From: Deltaproteobacteria bacterium
GTDB lineage: Archaea; Thermoplasmatota; Poseidoniia; Poseidoniales; Poseidoniaceae
Length of the DNA stretch: 63,577 nt
Reading direction: 5' to 3'
Assembly (NCBI GenBank): GCA_028344335.1
Contig: JAOMAZ010000003.1
Location: forward strand, 1-63,577
The notes beneath the pieces were generated by a model. The model ran no database searches. It had not been told where the DNA came from and worked only from the letters and a program-made list of their open reading frames with translations. Of this stretch, positions 44,946 through 52,689 are shown one piece after another. How positions within the stretch are numbered: the stretch's first letter is position 1; each line of letters starts with the position of its first letter. Both the position numbers and the translations under genes were made by a program.

Positions 44946-45260
44946 ATGGTCGCCGGATTGAAAAGGGATATCCATGAGGTTGTAGCGATGCTAGAGCCAC
45001 TTCCACTTGGCAAGGGCGCTATTGATGAAGTTAGCAAGAGGATTGACATCATCGGTTTTCTATGCCCGATACCTATTGCTAAGACGAGAGAAGCGCTAGC
45101 AGAAATGGAAACTGGAGAGGTGTTAGAAGTATGGGCGGATGACCCAGAAACTCTACATGACATGCCAATTTTATTGCAGAGGATTAAGGCGACCCTTCTT
45201 TCAGTAGAGACAGATGCGGGAGAATACAGGTATCTCATCAAGGCAGGGGAAACAACATGA
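44946..45260 (+). CDS. TusA/SirA-like sulfur-carrier family protein
   Basis: IIGFLCPIPIAKTREALAEMETGEVLEVWADDPETLHDMP (CPxP motif context). The stop overlaps the ribA ATG (ATGA). Confidence 0.7.
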   Translation: MVAGLKRDIHEVVAMLEPLPLGKGAIDEVSKRIDIIGFLCPIPIAKTREALAEMETGEVLEVWADDPETLHDMPILLQRIKATLLSVETDAGEYRYLIKAGETT

Positions 45261-45889
45261 CAAACGATGAGATTCAACTAACTGAACAGCAGTCTGTTCC
45301 ATCTACTGCTCGCCTCCCAACGTCGAGCGGAGAATTCCAAATTCGAGTATTCCATGAACAAAGCACTGGTCTTGACCATGTTGCTTTGACCTTGGGTGAC
45401 ATGTCTGGTCCCGATCCAGTATTGGTGCGTATGCATTCAGAATGTTTGACTGGGGACGCCTTTGCTAGTTTGCGTTGTGATTGTGGTGCCCAATTAGAAA
45501 CTGCAATGGCAGTAATCCAGAGACAAGGCTGGGGTGCGTTGCTATATTTGAGGCAAGAGGGGAGAGGGATTGGATTGCATGCCAAAATCCAAGCATATCA
45601 TTTACAAGACAAGGGAGCCGACACTCTAGATGCAAATTTGATGCTTGGTTTGCCAGCAGATGCTCGTGATTACAAAATCGCAGCATCTATGCTCAAAGCA
45701 CTGGATATCCCAAGGGTCAGTCTATTGACGAATAACCCCGATAAGGTAGAGCAATTGTCAAAATATGGAATCGATGTGGTTGAGAGAATGTCATTGGTGG
45801 TAGGGGTTGGGGAAGATAACAGGTCATATCTATCTACCAAAGCCGAACGAATGGGACACAAATTAAGTCAGGATGAACTTCAGAGTTGA
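45257..45889 (+). CDS. ribA: GTP cyclohydrolase II (bacterial-type RibA, monofunctional)
   Basis: VRMHSECLTGDAFASLRCDCGAQLETAM...LYLRQEGRGIGL...LTNNPDK. Confidence 0.88.
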   Translation: MTNDEIQLTEQQSVPSTARLPTSSGEFQIRVFHEQSTGLDHVALTLGDMSGPDPVLVRMHSECLTGDAFASLRCDCGAQLETAMAVIQRQGWGALLYLRQEGRGIGLHAKIQAYHLQDKGADTLDANLMLGLPADARDYKIAASMLKALDIPRVSLLTNNPDKVEQLSKYGIDVVERMSLVVGVGEDNRSYLSTKAERMGHKLSQDELQS

Positions 45890-45892
45890 ACC

Positions 45893-48301
45893 TCATTCAA
45901 TCTTCCGAATTCCCTTTGGAGCAAATATAAAGAATCCAGCAATTAAGATAAGAATCAGACCTACAGCGGCACTGATTTTCACTTCATTTGTTAGTCCTGC
46001 AGAAACTGAATCACTGCCTGTTGCGGTAATTTCAGGCTTGACAATTGAGATGACCTTCGTGGCATTATTATTTGATTCATCAGATTCCCTAATCGTTAGA
46101 CCATGGTCTAAAACAACGGTCAAAAGCACAACATCATCATTAGTAGGAACTTGCCAATTACAAACCGCTCTACGTAATTGCCCAGGAGTGATAAGGTCGA
46201 TAATGGAGACATCGAATAATTGGCCATCTGCAAGGCATCTGATTGAAATGAAATCTGCATCCGCCTGCCCTTGATTGCGAATCCATCCAACCACCTCTAC
46301 AACATCACCGGCTTCAACATGGTCAGCGGAGTCTGAAATTTCCACCGATTCGACATAAATGTCAGGAAGCGCCATCGCCACTACAGTAACTATTTGCGAA
46401 ACAGTATTTATTCCATCTGAAATTGTTATCGTCAATTCCCACTCACCTGCAGTGGCAGGTTGAAGTTTGACTCTTCCGGATTCAAAAGTCGCCCAAGAGT
46501 AATCAAAATTCACAGTTAATTCATCATTGCTATTATCGACATCAACTAATTCTAAATCAAGGAATGCTGTTGAAGGTAAGGACACTAGAACTTCCGAAGG
46601 CAAGGTTGAGAAAACAGGTGCATCATTTACATTTTGGACTGTTATGGTAAATTCTTGGCTCCATGTATTTCGTTCTTCCATGCCGGGTCTATCCATAACT
46701 GAAACGCTGATTACAGACTCTCCACTAGCTTCGGGAATAAGTTTTATTCGGACTTGGTCTTCTATGATATCTGCTTCTATAATACTAACATCTGAGGAGG
46801 AAACAGACAATTCTAAATCTTCAACAGCAGTTAGATCATCAGTGCATTGAACTGGGAAAATACGTCCTGCTCCATCTTCTGTTAGTGTAAAATCAGCGAT
46901 GAAATCACAATCTGGAGTTTCATCCCATGCGAGGGAATAACCACCATCAACTTCCAATCCAGTAACCTCTACTACCAAATCCTTTGCATCGCCACCGTCG
47001 TCCCAAGTGAATGCTGATGCCAAATGGAGAATTAATGGTTCACCATCAGCCGGCAGAAGATCTCCGATACTAACGGTATGTGAGTATGTACCTACGGTGT
47101 CGATATCAAAACGGTGGACTAATTCATTTTGCATTGAAACTTGAACTCGGCTGCCGTTTGAAATTATTGAATCAGTATCACCATGGACATTGATACTTAT
47201 GTGTAGGGTTGGATCATTAATATCAAGGCGAACTCTTTCAACACAACCATCACTTAACTTCACTTTTATCTGAAGGTACTCTGAGGCAGGAAGAATTGAG
47301 GAGAATGCGGTTTCGGACCAAGCAGACCAACTCAAGTTGTCATCTGATGAACTAACTTCTAAGGAACCAGTCCAAATACCCGCACTTGAAACCCTGCCCC
47401 AGTTCTGGCCATGTGGGCGTCGGACTATCTCTGAAGTCCAGGTGCCTTCTACTCCTTGGCTTGAAGCTTCTAAGCCGCATGATGTCAATGTCAAACCTTG
47501 CCAGTCGCCATTTGTCATATTTAATTCCATAATAGGGAGTTGGTCTCCGTTGCTGAAATCGGGGATTTGCAATTCCGCTACAGAAGTTTCTACTCCCCAT
47601 GATGACGTTTGGTGGACCACTCTGATTCCAACCGCATCTATCTGAAGTTGCGAATCATCCGTGCTTCCAACGCTCACATAATCTAGAGTTATTTCAGCAC
47701 CTGAAATAATTGACCAAGTCCAATCAAATGATGAACTAACATTAATTTCCCAATAGGGTGAATTCATCTTATCTACTGCCGCTTGGGTATGAGCCCAAGT
47801 TTTCACCAATTCATTGTGTCCAGCATCATCGATTGAAAACCGAACAGAATCCTGATTGAGGGCATTTGGAATGGTAAAGGAAACAACCAGAAACACATCA
47901 CGTAAGGCGGTATTTTCAGCGGTTGATACATCAAAAGTATTGACTACGATTTCAGGACCTAGTGTCCAAGAATATGTACCATCGGGCGCACCTACTGCAC
48001 CGCCGCCATATTCAGAAGCATTTTCTTGCGCCCAAAATGTTGAGGATTCCAAGTTCAATGGGCGGCTATGAGTGAATGAGACTTTTGAATCTGCAGACAT
48101 TCCAGTGGTGAACTCGGCTGCATCACCGCTCCAACCTGCTTGATTAGTGAAAACCCAATCCTCCATTGATAGAATACTGCTATCGAAGACATTGAAGGAT
48201 TCCATTGAATCAACGACTCTTGCGGTGGTTGGAACCGCTGCCAATAAGGGCAATAATAGGAAGGCTACCAAAATTGTCGAGGTGCTATTTTGACTCGCCA
48301 T
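45893..48301 (-). CDS. Surface protein (802 aa): signal peptide, beta-rich domains, cadherin-like and CARDB-like domains, C-terminal TM plus short basic tail
   Basis: Signal ILVAFLLLPLLAAVPTTA. ITVQNVNDAPVFS (cadherin-like linker). VEAGDVVEVVGWIRNQGQADA...ESDESNNN (CARDB-like). C-terminus ISAAVGLILILIAGFFIFAPKGIRKIE. Confidence 0.8.
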   Translation of the reverse strand: MASQNSTSTILVAFLLLPLLAAVPTTARVVDSMESFNVFDSSILSMEDWVFTNQAGWSGDAAEFTTGMSADSKVSFTHSRPLNLESSTFWAQENASEYGGGAVGAPDGTYSWTLGPEIVVNTFDVSTAENTALRDVFLVVSFTIPNALNQDSVRFSIDDAGHNELVKTWAHTQAAVDKMNSPYWEINVSSSFDWTWSIISGAEITLDYVSVGSTDDSQLQIDAVGIRVVHQTSSWGVETSVAELQIPDFSNGDQLPIMELNMTNGDWQGLTLTSCGLEASSQGVEGTWTSEIVRRPHGQNWGRVSSAGIWTGSLEVSSSDDNLSWSAWSETAFSSILPASEYLQIKVKLSDGCVERVRLDINDPTLHISINVHGDTDSIISNGSRVQVSMQNELVHRFDIDTVGTYSHTVSIGDLLPADGEPLILHLASAFTWDDGGDAKDLVVEVTGLEVDGGYSLAWDETPDCDFIADFTLTEDGAGRIFPVQCTDDLTAVEDLELSVSSSDVSIIEADIIEDQVRIKLIPEASGESVISVSVMDRPGMEERNTWSQEFTITVQNVNDAPVFSTLPSEVLVSLPSTAFLDLELVDVDNSNDELTVNFDYSWATFESGRVKLQPATAGEWELTITISDGINTVSQIVTVVAMALPDIYVESVEISDSADHVEAGDVVEVVGWIRNQGQADADFISIRCLADGQLFDVSIIDLITPGQLRRAVCNWQVPTNDDVVLLTVVLDHGLTIRESDESNNNATKVISIVKPEITATGSDSVSAGLTNEVKISAAVGLILILIAGFFIFAPKGIRKIE

Positions 48302-48403
48302 GACCTATGGGCTACCATCGCCGCCCTTCAAAGTCGTGGTCTTATGCTTGCAGTTATGCGCACAACCTTCAAACGGTCATCGACGGTCGCCGGCTTACTC
48401 GAT

Positions 48404-48479
48404 GGCTGTGGTAGTGTAGGGGTTAGCACGGTAGGTTGTGGTCCTGCCGGCCCGGGTTCAATTCCCGGCCACGGCCCCA
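48404..48479 (+). tRNA. tRNA-His (anticodon GUG) with genomically encoded G-1 and 3' CCA
   Basis: Hand-folded. G-1 (48404) lies opposite discriminator C (48476). Acceptor GCTGTGG/CCACGGC (one G-U pair), anticodon arm GTAGG-TTGTGGT-CCTGC, T arm CCGGG-TTCAATT-CCCGG, CCA at 48477-48479. Confidence 0.88.
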
Positions 48480-48784
48480 TCGAGCAATATGAGCGACAGA
48501 TGCTCGATAGCCGTATCCTTAACGTATGAAAGTAGTATTATTTTTCGATGTTCGGTTTGAGGTTTGAATCGCTTGCCGTTTGGCGTATAAACGCGAAAAC
48601 TGAGGGAATTATCATAAGTAGTCCGAGTTAGAAGAGGCTACTCTTCCGGCTGTGGGGGCCATGTGGACTTGTTTCACAGGAGGGGTGAAAGGAGTGTGGG
48701 GAAACCATGAGTGAACTAAAGATTCGCATCGAGACAGATGAATGGACCTATGAGGAATACGTAGAAGCTTGAGGAATATTGGAT

Positions 48785-49741
48785 TCAAGCCTTGAATCTT
48801 GGATATACTCCAGGATTAAGAAGCACGCAGTTTGAGCGTGCCACTTCGCCAGAGTCTTTAGTGGCGATTTCTTCAGTACTGTATAGTAATTCTGCTAGAG
48901 CAACTAATTCTCCCTTCAGAGTATAAATGGCCACTTCATGGCCGGCTTTTACCGAATCAGGCATAGATACTAATCCTGGCTTCATTAATGGTGAGCCATG
49001 AGCAAGGCTTGCTGCAGCTGAATCTTTAACGATGACTTTGGGATACCTCCTTGTTAGTAATTCCATTGGCTGAATTAAGCGCATTAGGGCTTCTTCTTGG
49101 CCTTTTTCTTGCCAAAGCCAGACGGCATCTGCCAATTCTTGCATGCTAACACAATTCTCTAAGTTGAAAATCCCACTTCGGCTTCTTCGTAATTCAACCA
49201 GTTCACAACGTCGATTGATCAAAAGCCCAATATCTCTAGCCATGGTACGTATGTAAGTTCCAGCCTCACAATCGATTTCTAAGACTACATATTCGCCATC
49301 ATTATCGAGTTTTTCGATCCTCTTAATGCGTCGGGTTCTAACTTGAACCTTGACTGCAGAGATATCGGGTGGAACATTGTAAATCCTCCCACGTTGTCTT
49401 TCTATAGCGGCATCAACTTGTGCTTCATCATACCCCCCATGTATTCTCATGACTGCAATGTAGGTCTTGTCATGAGAAAGCAAACTCGCTGTCAGACGCA
49501 TTGATTTTCCAAGTAGAAGAGGGAGCACCCCCGTTGCAAATGGATCTAATGTGCCTCCATGGCCCATTTTTTCCATAGCAAATAATTCTCGAGCCCAAGA
49601 GGCTAATTGATGGGAAGTAGGTCCAGCCGCTTTATCGAGGAGGATGATGCCTGCTGCCATCCTTTCTTCGAGATTCCTTGCCTCTGGTCTTCTACCATGT
49701 TCAGGAGATGAATTTGCTTCTGTGAATTCTATTCTACTCAT
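48785..49741 (-). CDS. cbf5: H/ACA RNP pseudouridine synthase Cbf5 (TruB family with PUA domain)
   Basis: GHGGTLDPFATGVLPLLLG catalytic-Asp motif. C-terminal PUA-like KVIVKDSAAASLAHGSPLMKPG. 4-nt overlap with upstream cmk. Confidence 0.9.
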   Translation of the reverse strand: MSRIEFTEANSSPEHGRRPEARNLEERMAAGIILLDKAAGPTSHQLASWARELFAMEKMGHGGTLDPFATGVLPLLLGKSMRLTASLLSHDKTYIAVMRIHGGYDEAQVDAAIERQRGRIYNVPPDISAVKVQVRTRRIKRIEKLDNDGEYVVLEIDCEAGTYIRTMARDIGLLINRRCELVELRRSRSGIFNLENCVSMQELADAVWLWQEKGQEEALMRLIQPMELLTRRYPKVIVKDSAAASLAHGSPLMKPGLVSMPDSVKAGHEVAIYTLKGELVALAELLYSTEEIATKDSGEVARSNCVLLNPGVYPRFKA

Positions 49742-50280
49742 TCTTTGTCCTCCTCTAGGTAAGATTTCACTATTGCCAGTACTTCCTCTTGGTTGAGGGC
49801 GGTAGCATCGAGTACATGTGTGTAGGGGGTAGAGTCGCTGGGGTTTAGCCCATAGAGTTTCTCAAATCGAGACAAGTCTCTTTTATCACGAGCAAGAATT
49901 TCTTGTTTTCTTTGGAGGTGTTCTCCCGCTTCTCGTGCAATGACTCGGCGTGCTCTCTCATCAACAGAAACTTCAAGCCACAGCCTGACGCATTCTATTT
50001 CTTCTTTGAATGCCCACCATCCAGCCAGCCTACTTTCCACGATTTGAGGGCCTGATTCCTTATTCATGTGCATCTGTAGTTCTTCATCGAGAGCCTTATC
50101 GACAGATAGGTCTTGCTTACAAAGTTCTGAAAACTCTGCTAAACCCATCGAACGCGCTTTGGCATGGCTTCGAAATACCATTCCACCATTTAGGTAATCC
50201 CAGCCATATGCTTGGCATAATCCAGCAACCAAAGTTGAGGTTCCGCTGCCAGCATGGCCGCTGACTGTTATCATCAACAT
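49738..50280 (-). CDS. cmk: Cytidylate (CMP) kinase, archaeal type
   Basis: ITVSGHAGSGTSTL P-loop, ...VESRLAGWW..., ~180 aa, in the conserved archaeal DUF106-cmk-cbf5 context. Confidence 0.8.
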   Translation of the reverse strand: MLMITVSGHAGSGTSTLVAGLCQAYGWDYLNGGMVFRSHAKARSMGLAEFSELCKQDLSVDKALDEELQMHMNKESGPQIVESRLAGWWAFKEEIECVRLWLEVSVDERARRVIAREAGEHLQRKQEILARDKRDLSRFEKLYGLNPSDSTPYTHVLDATALNQEEVLAIVKSYLEEDKE

Positions 50281-50284
50281 CTCT

Positions 50285-51223
50285 TCACTTCCATAGATGT
50301 CTGCATATGCTGCATCTTAATTCGCCACTACCGGCTCTTTCAACATCTTCTGATTCGCATTCAGGACAAGTTATGCCTTCTTTTGGTGGAGTTCTTGAGG
50401 AAATAGTTTTTGGAATTACTTTTTCTGAGGATTTTGGACCACTACTGCCTTTGAATTGCCCTTTGGAGCGGCGTTGGCGAGACCTTGCCTGATTACCTTG
50501 TTTTTCCTTGTTAACTATCAGATGCAAGTGTGGTTCTGGAATGCTTTCTCCGGCAAGAACTACGGGGTGGGATTTGTATCTCCATAATTTGATGTGGCGA
50601 TCAACTGCTCTACCCATCGGTGCTGACATACAGATGTAGACACAAATCCATGCAGGGAAAAACAGAAAACTACCATCTACCATATTCCATTCAGGAGTCC
50701 AAGGCAGGCTGATATAATCGACTCTGAATCCATTAACCACATCCCCTACCCATGCAAATATTGCGATAATGAAGATGAAAGTGAACATCATCGGTTTCAT
50801 TCCACCCATTTGAACAGCCATTTGTTCTGGCATTAATTGCTGTTGTAGCATTGCTGCCTTGTCCTTGCGGATTGGGTCTCTTGCCATCGCCGCCTCATTT
50901 GTCATACGACGAACTTGGGACATACGGTGAGCAATGTGTGCTTGTTTTATTGGGTCGATGAAAAAATTTCTCAAAACAGTATTGACCAGCATCGAGGCAG
51001 TTCCAATAACCAGTACAGTAACTACAAACCACTTTTCTTCAGGGAGGATTGGTGAAAGGATTGGATTTGCATAACCAGCCAATCCTTCTCTGAATCCTGG
51101 ATTCATCAATAGGACCATCATTAGCAGCATGAAGAATAGCATCATCAGCATACCACCCGCAGGGGCGGGAGGTCCAGCGCCTGGTGCAGCCTGTGCCATG
51201 GCCTGTCCGGCTCGCTGATTCAC
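50285..51223 (-). CDS. DUF106 / archaeal YidC-Oxa1-EMC3-like membrane insertase with a long basic tail and C-terminal zinc ribbon
   Basis: TM - coiled-coil (AHIAHRMSQVRRMTNEAAMARDPIRKDKAAMLQQQ) - KPMMFTFIFIIAIFAWV core typical of DUF106. C-terminal KEKQGNQARSRQRRSKGQFKG...ITCPECESEDVERAGSGELRCSICRHLWK. Confidence 0.75.
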   Translation of the reverse strand: MNQRAGQAMAQAAPGAGPPAPAGGMLMMLFFMLLMMVLLMNPGFREGLAGYANPILSPILPEEKWFVVTVLVIGTASMLVNTVLRNFFIDPIKQAHIAHRMSQVRRMTNEAAMARDPIRKDKAAMLQQQLMPEQMAVQMGGMKPMMFTFIFIIAIFAWVGDVVNGFRVDYISLPWTPEWNMVDGSFLFFPAWICVYICMSAPMGRAVDRHIKLWRYKSHPVVLAGESIPEPHLHLIVNKEKQGNQARSRQRRSKGQFKGSSGPKSSEKVIPKTISSRTPPKEGITCPECESEDVERAGSGELRCSICRHLWK

Positions 51224-51304
51224 ATGAAGTTTGGCTTCATCAAAGGTAGTGATTTTCTAATCATTCATTCGACATGCTTTCAGCATGAACCGCCATGGCC
51301 CAGC

Positions 51305-52684
51305 ATGGATGCAGTTCAAGCCACCCTCGATATGGCCGACGCGCAGGCCAAAATGGGACTAATGGATGAAGCCGTATCGGAATTAAGGAAGGCAGTTAGA
51401 GTACATCCTCGAAACCTTGAAATCCATGAAAAATTGGGTATTTTCCTTGCCCAAAAAGAACGCTATGAGGCAGCACTACCTCATTTACAAAGAGTCCTAA
51501 GGAAGAAAGGTGAGTGTGGTGATTTGGTAATGCTTGCTGGTGATTGTGCCTACTCAACCGGTAGAAATAAAGAAGCCGTAAAATGGTTTGAGCGTTGCAT
51601 TTCAATATCATATATGCCTGAAAGGGCATTAGCAAATCTTGGACGAGCACTGATTGGTAGAAGAAAGCCCCAACAAGCATGGGACAGGTTGCATGAAGCA
51701 TTTATTGCTAGTGAAAGCTCTTCAAAAGAACTCCATAAGGTACTGGAAATGTGTGCCCCATTAATCGGCTCTACGGTACCTGCAATGGCTAACCCAGAGT
51801 GGCTAGAACCATCGGGGACCAAAATGATCGGTGCAGTCTCTGGTTCAATAGAGGAAATGGCTGGAATAATGGGCGAGGACCTTCTAGTCGACAAAGACAA
51901 TAATGCATTCGATATTTTCTCGGATGAGGATGAAATTGAACCATCTTTGAAAATTGCCTTGCCAGGAAGTGGTTTGGATTCACAAGAGGCTAGAGAGAGT
52001 TGGGGAGTAGGTCAAGAAGTTCCGATTGAATTTGAGGATATTCAATCAACAGCAAGTGCTAGCCAAGGAAGTTGGATTGAAGATAACCATTGGGATTCCA
52101 TTCCTAAAGTTGAGAATGCTGAGCCTGAGCCTGAACCTGAGCCTGATCCTGAGCCTGAACCTGATCCTGAGCCTGAGCCTGAGCCTGAGCCTGAACCTGA
52201 AGTAGAGCAAGAAGCAGAATCAGTAGAGGATGCTGAGCTATTATTTGGGATTGGGGAAACCACTCCTCCAAAATCAGAACAAGAAGAACTAATGGAAGTG
52301 CGAACTATGATTCATAGATTGGAAATGCCCACTTCGGGAAGTCCAGTTGTGGCAAGCGAAGGAAACGCCCTTTCACAATTAGCACGCATGCAAAAACCTC
52401 CTGCTGTTTGGTGCTGGACTACGTCTTATGGAGAAGTCCCTTGGGGATTGGAACTATTGAAGTCCCATCCAAATGATCGACTTGAGGCAGCAAAGGCCGA
52501 ATTAGAAGAATGGAACAGGCAGAACCCAGGTGTATGGCTGGCTATAGATATGCAGGCTGAGGGGAGAGTCCCTGCAAACATGGAGGGCCTTGTTCAAGTC
52601 ATCTCAAACGTTAATACACCGATAATTATCTTGGTTCCTGACGATGAAGTCAAGTGTAGTTGGCCGAGATGGGGCTTAGAATAA
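51305..52684 (+). CDS. TPR-repeat protein with acidic (E/D-P)n linker and unrecognised C-terminal domain
   Basis: TPR-like helices (AQAKMGLMDEAVSELRKAVRVHPRNLEIHEKLGIFLAQKERYEAALPHLQRVL...). 27-residue EPEPEPEPDPEPEP... tract. The ATG at 51305 is preferred over the ORF-track start at 51224. Confidence 0.7.
   Translation: MDAVQATLDMADAQAKMGLMDEAVSELRKAVRVHPRNLEIHEKLGIFLAQKERYEAALPHLQRVLRKKGECGDLVMLAGDCAYSTGRNKEAVKWFERCISISYMPERALANLGRALIGRRKPQQAWDRLHEAFIASESSSKELHKVLEMCAPLIGSTVPAMANPEWLEPSGTKMIGAVSGSIEEMAGIMGEDLLVDKDNNAFDIFSDEDEIEPSLKIALPGSGLDSQEARESWGVGQEVPIEFEDIQSTASASQGSWIEDNHWDSIPKVENAEPEPEPEPDPEPEPDPEPEPEPEPEPEVEQEAESVEDAELLFGIGETTPPKSEQEELMEVRTMIHRLEMPTSGSPVVASEGNALSQLARMQKPPAVWCWTTSYGEVPWGLELLKSHPNDRLEAAKAELEEWNRQNPGVWLAIDMQAEGRVPANMEGLVQVISNVNTPIIILVPDDEVKCSWPRWGLE
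52121..52201 (+). repeat. Hexanucleotide (GAN-CCT)n microsatellite-like tract, 13.5 units, coding for (E/D-P)n
   Basis: gagcctgagcctgaacctgagcctgatcct..., read directly. In frame within the TPR protein. Confidence 0.9.
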
Positions 52685-52689
52685 TTCAC

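Noticed and set aside
48290-48529. 79-aa ORF on the + strand
   Set aside because: It reads straight through tRNA-His(GUG), so it is not coding.
48600-48700. H/ACA guide RNA next to cbf5
   Set aside because: Only a 5-bp lower stem (AGTCC/GGACT) could be drawn. The ACA lies 6 nt away, and there is no convincing upper stem or K-turn. The region is kept only as an unexplained spacer.
52042-52263. 73-aa (GS)n ORF on the - strand
   Set aside because: It is the antisense shadow of the (GAG-CCT)n tract that encodes the EP linker of the TPR protein.
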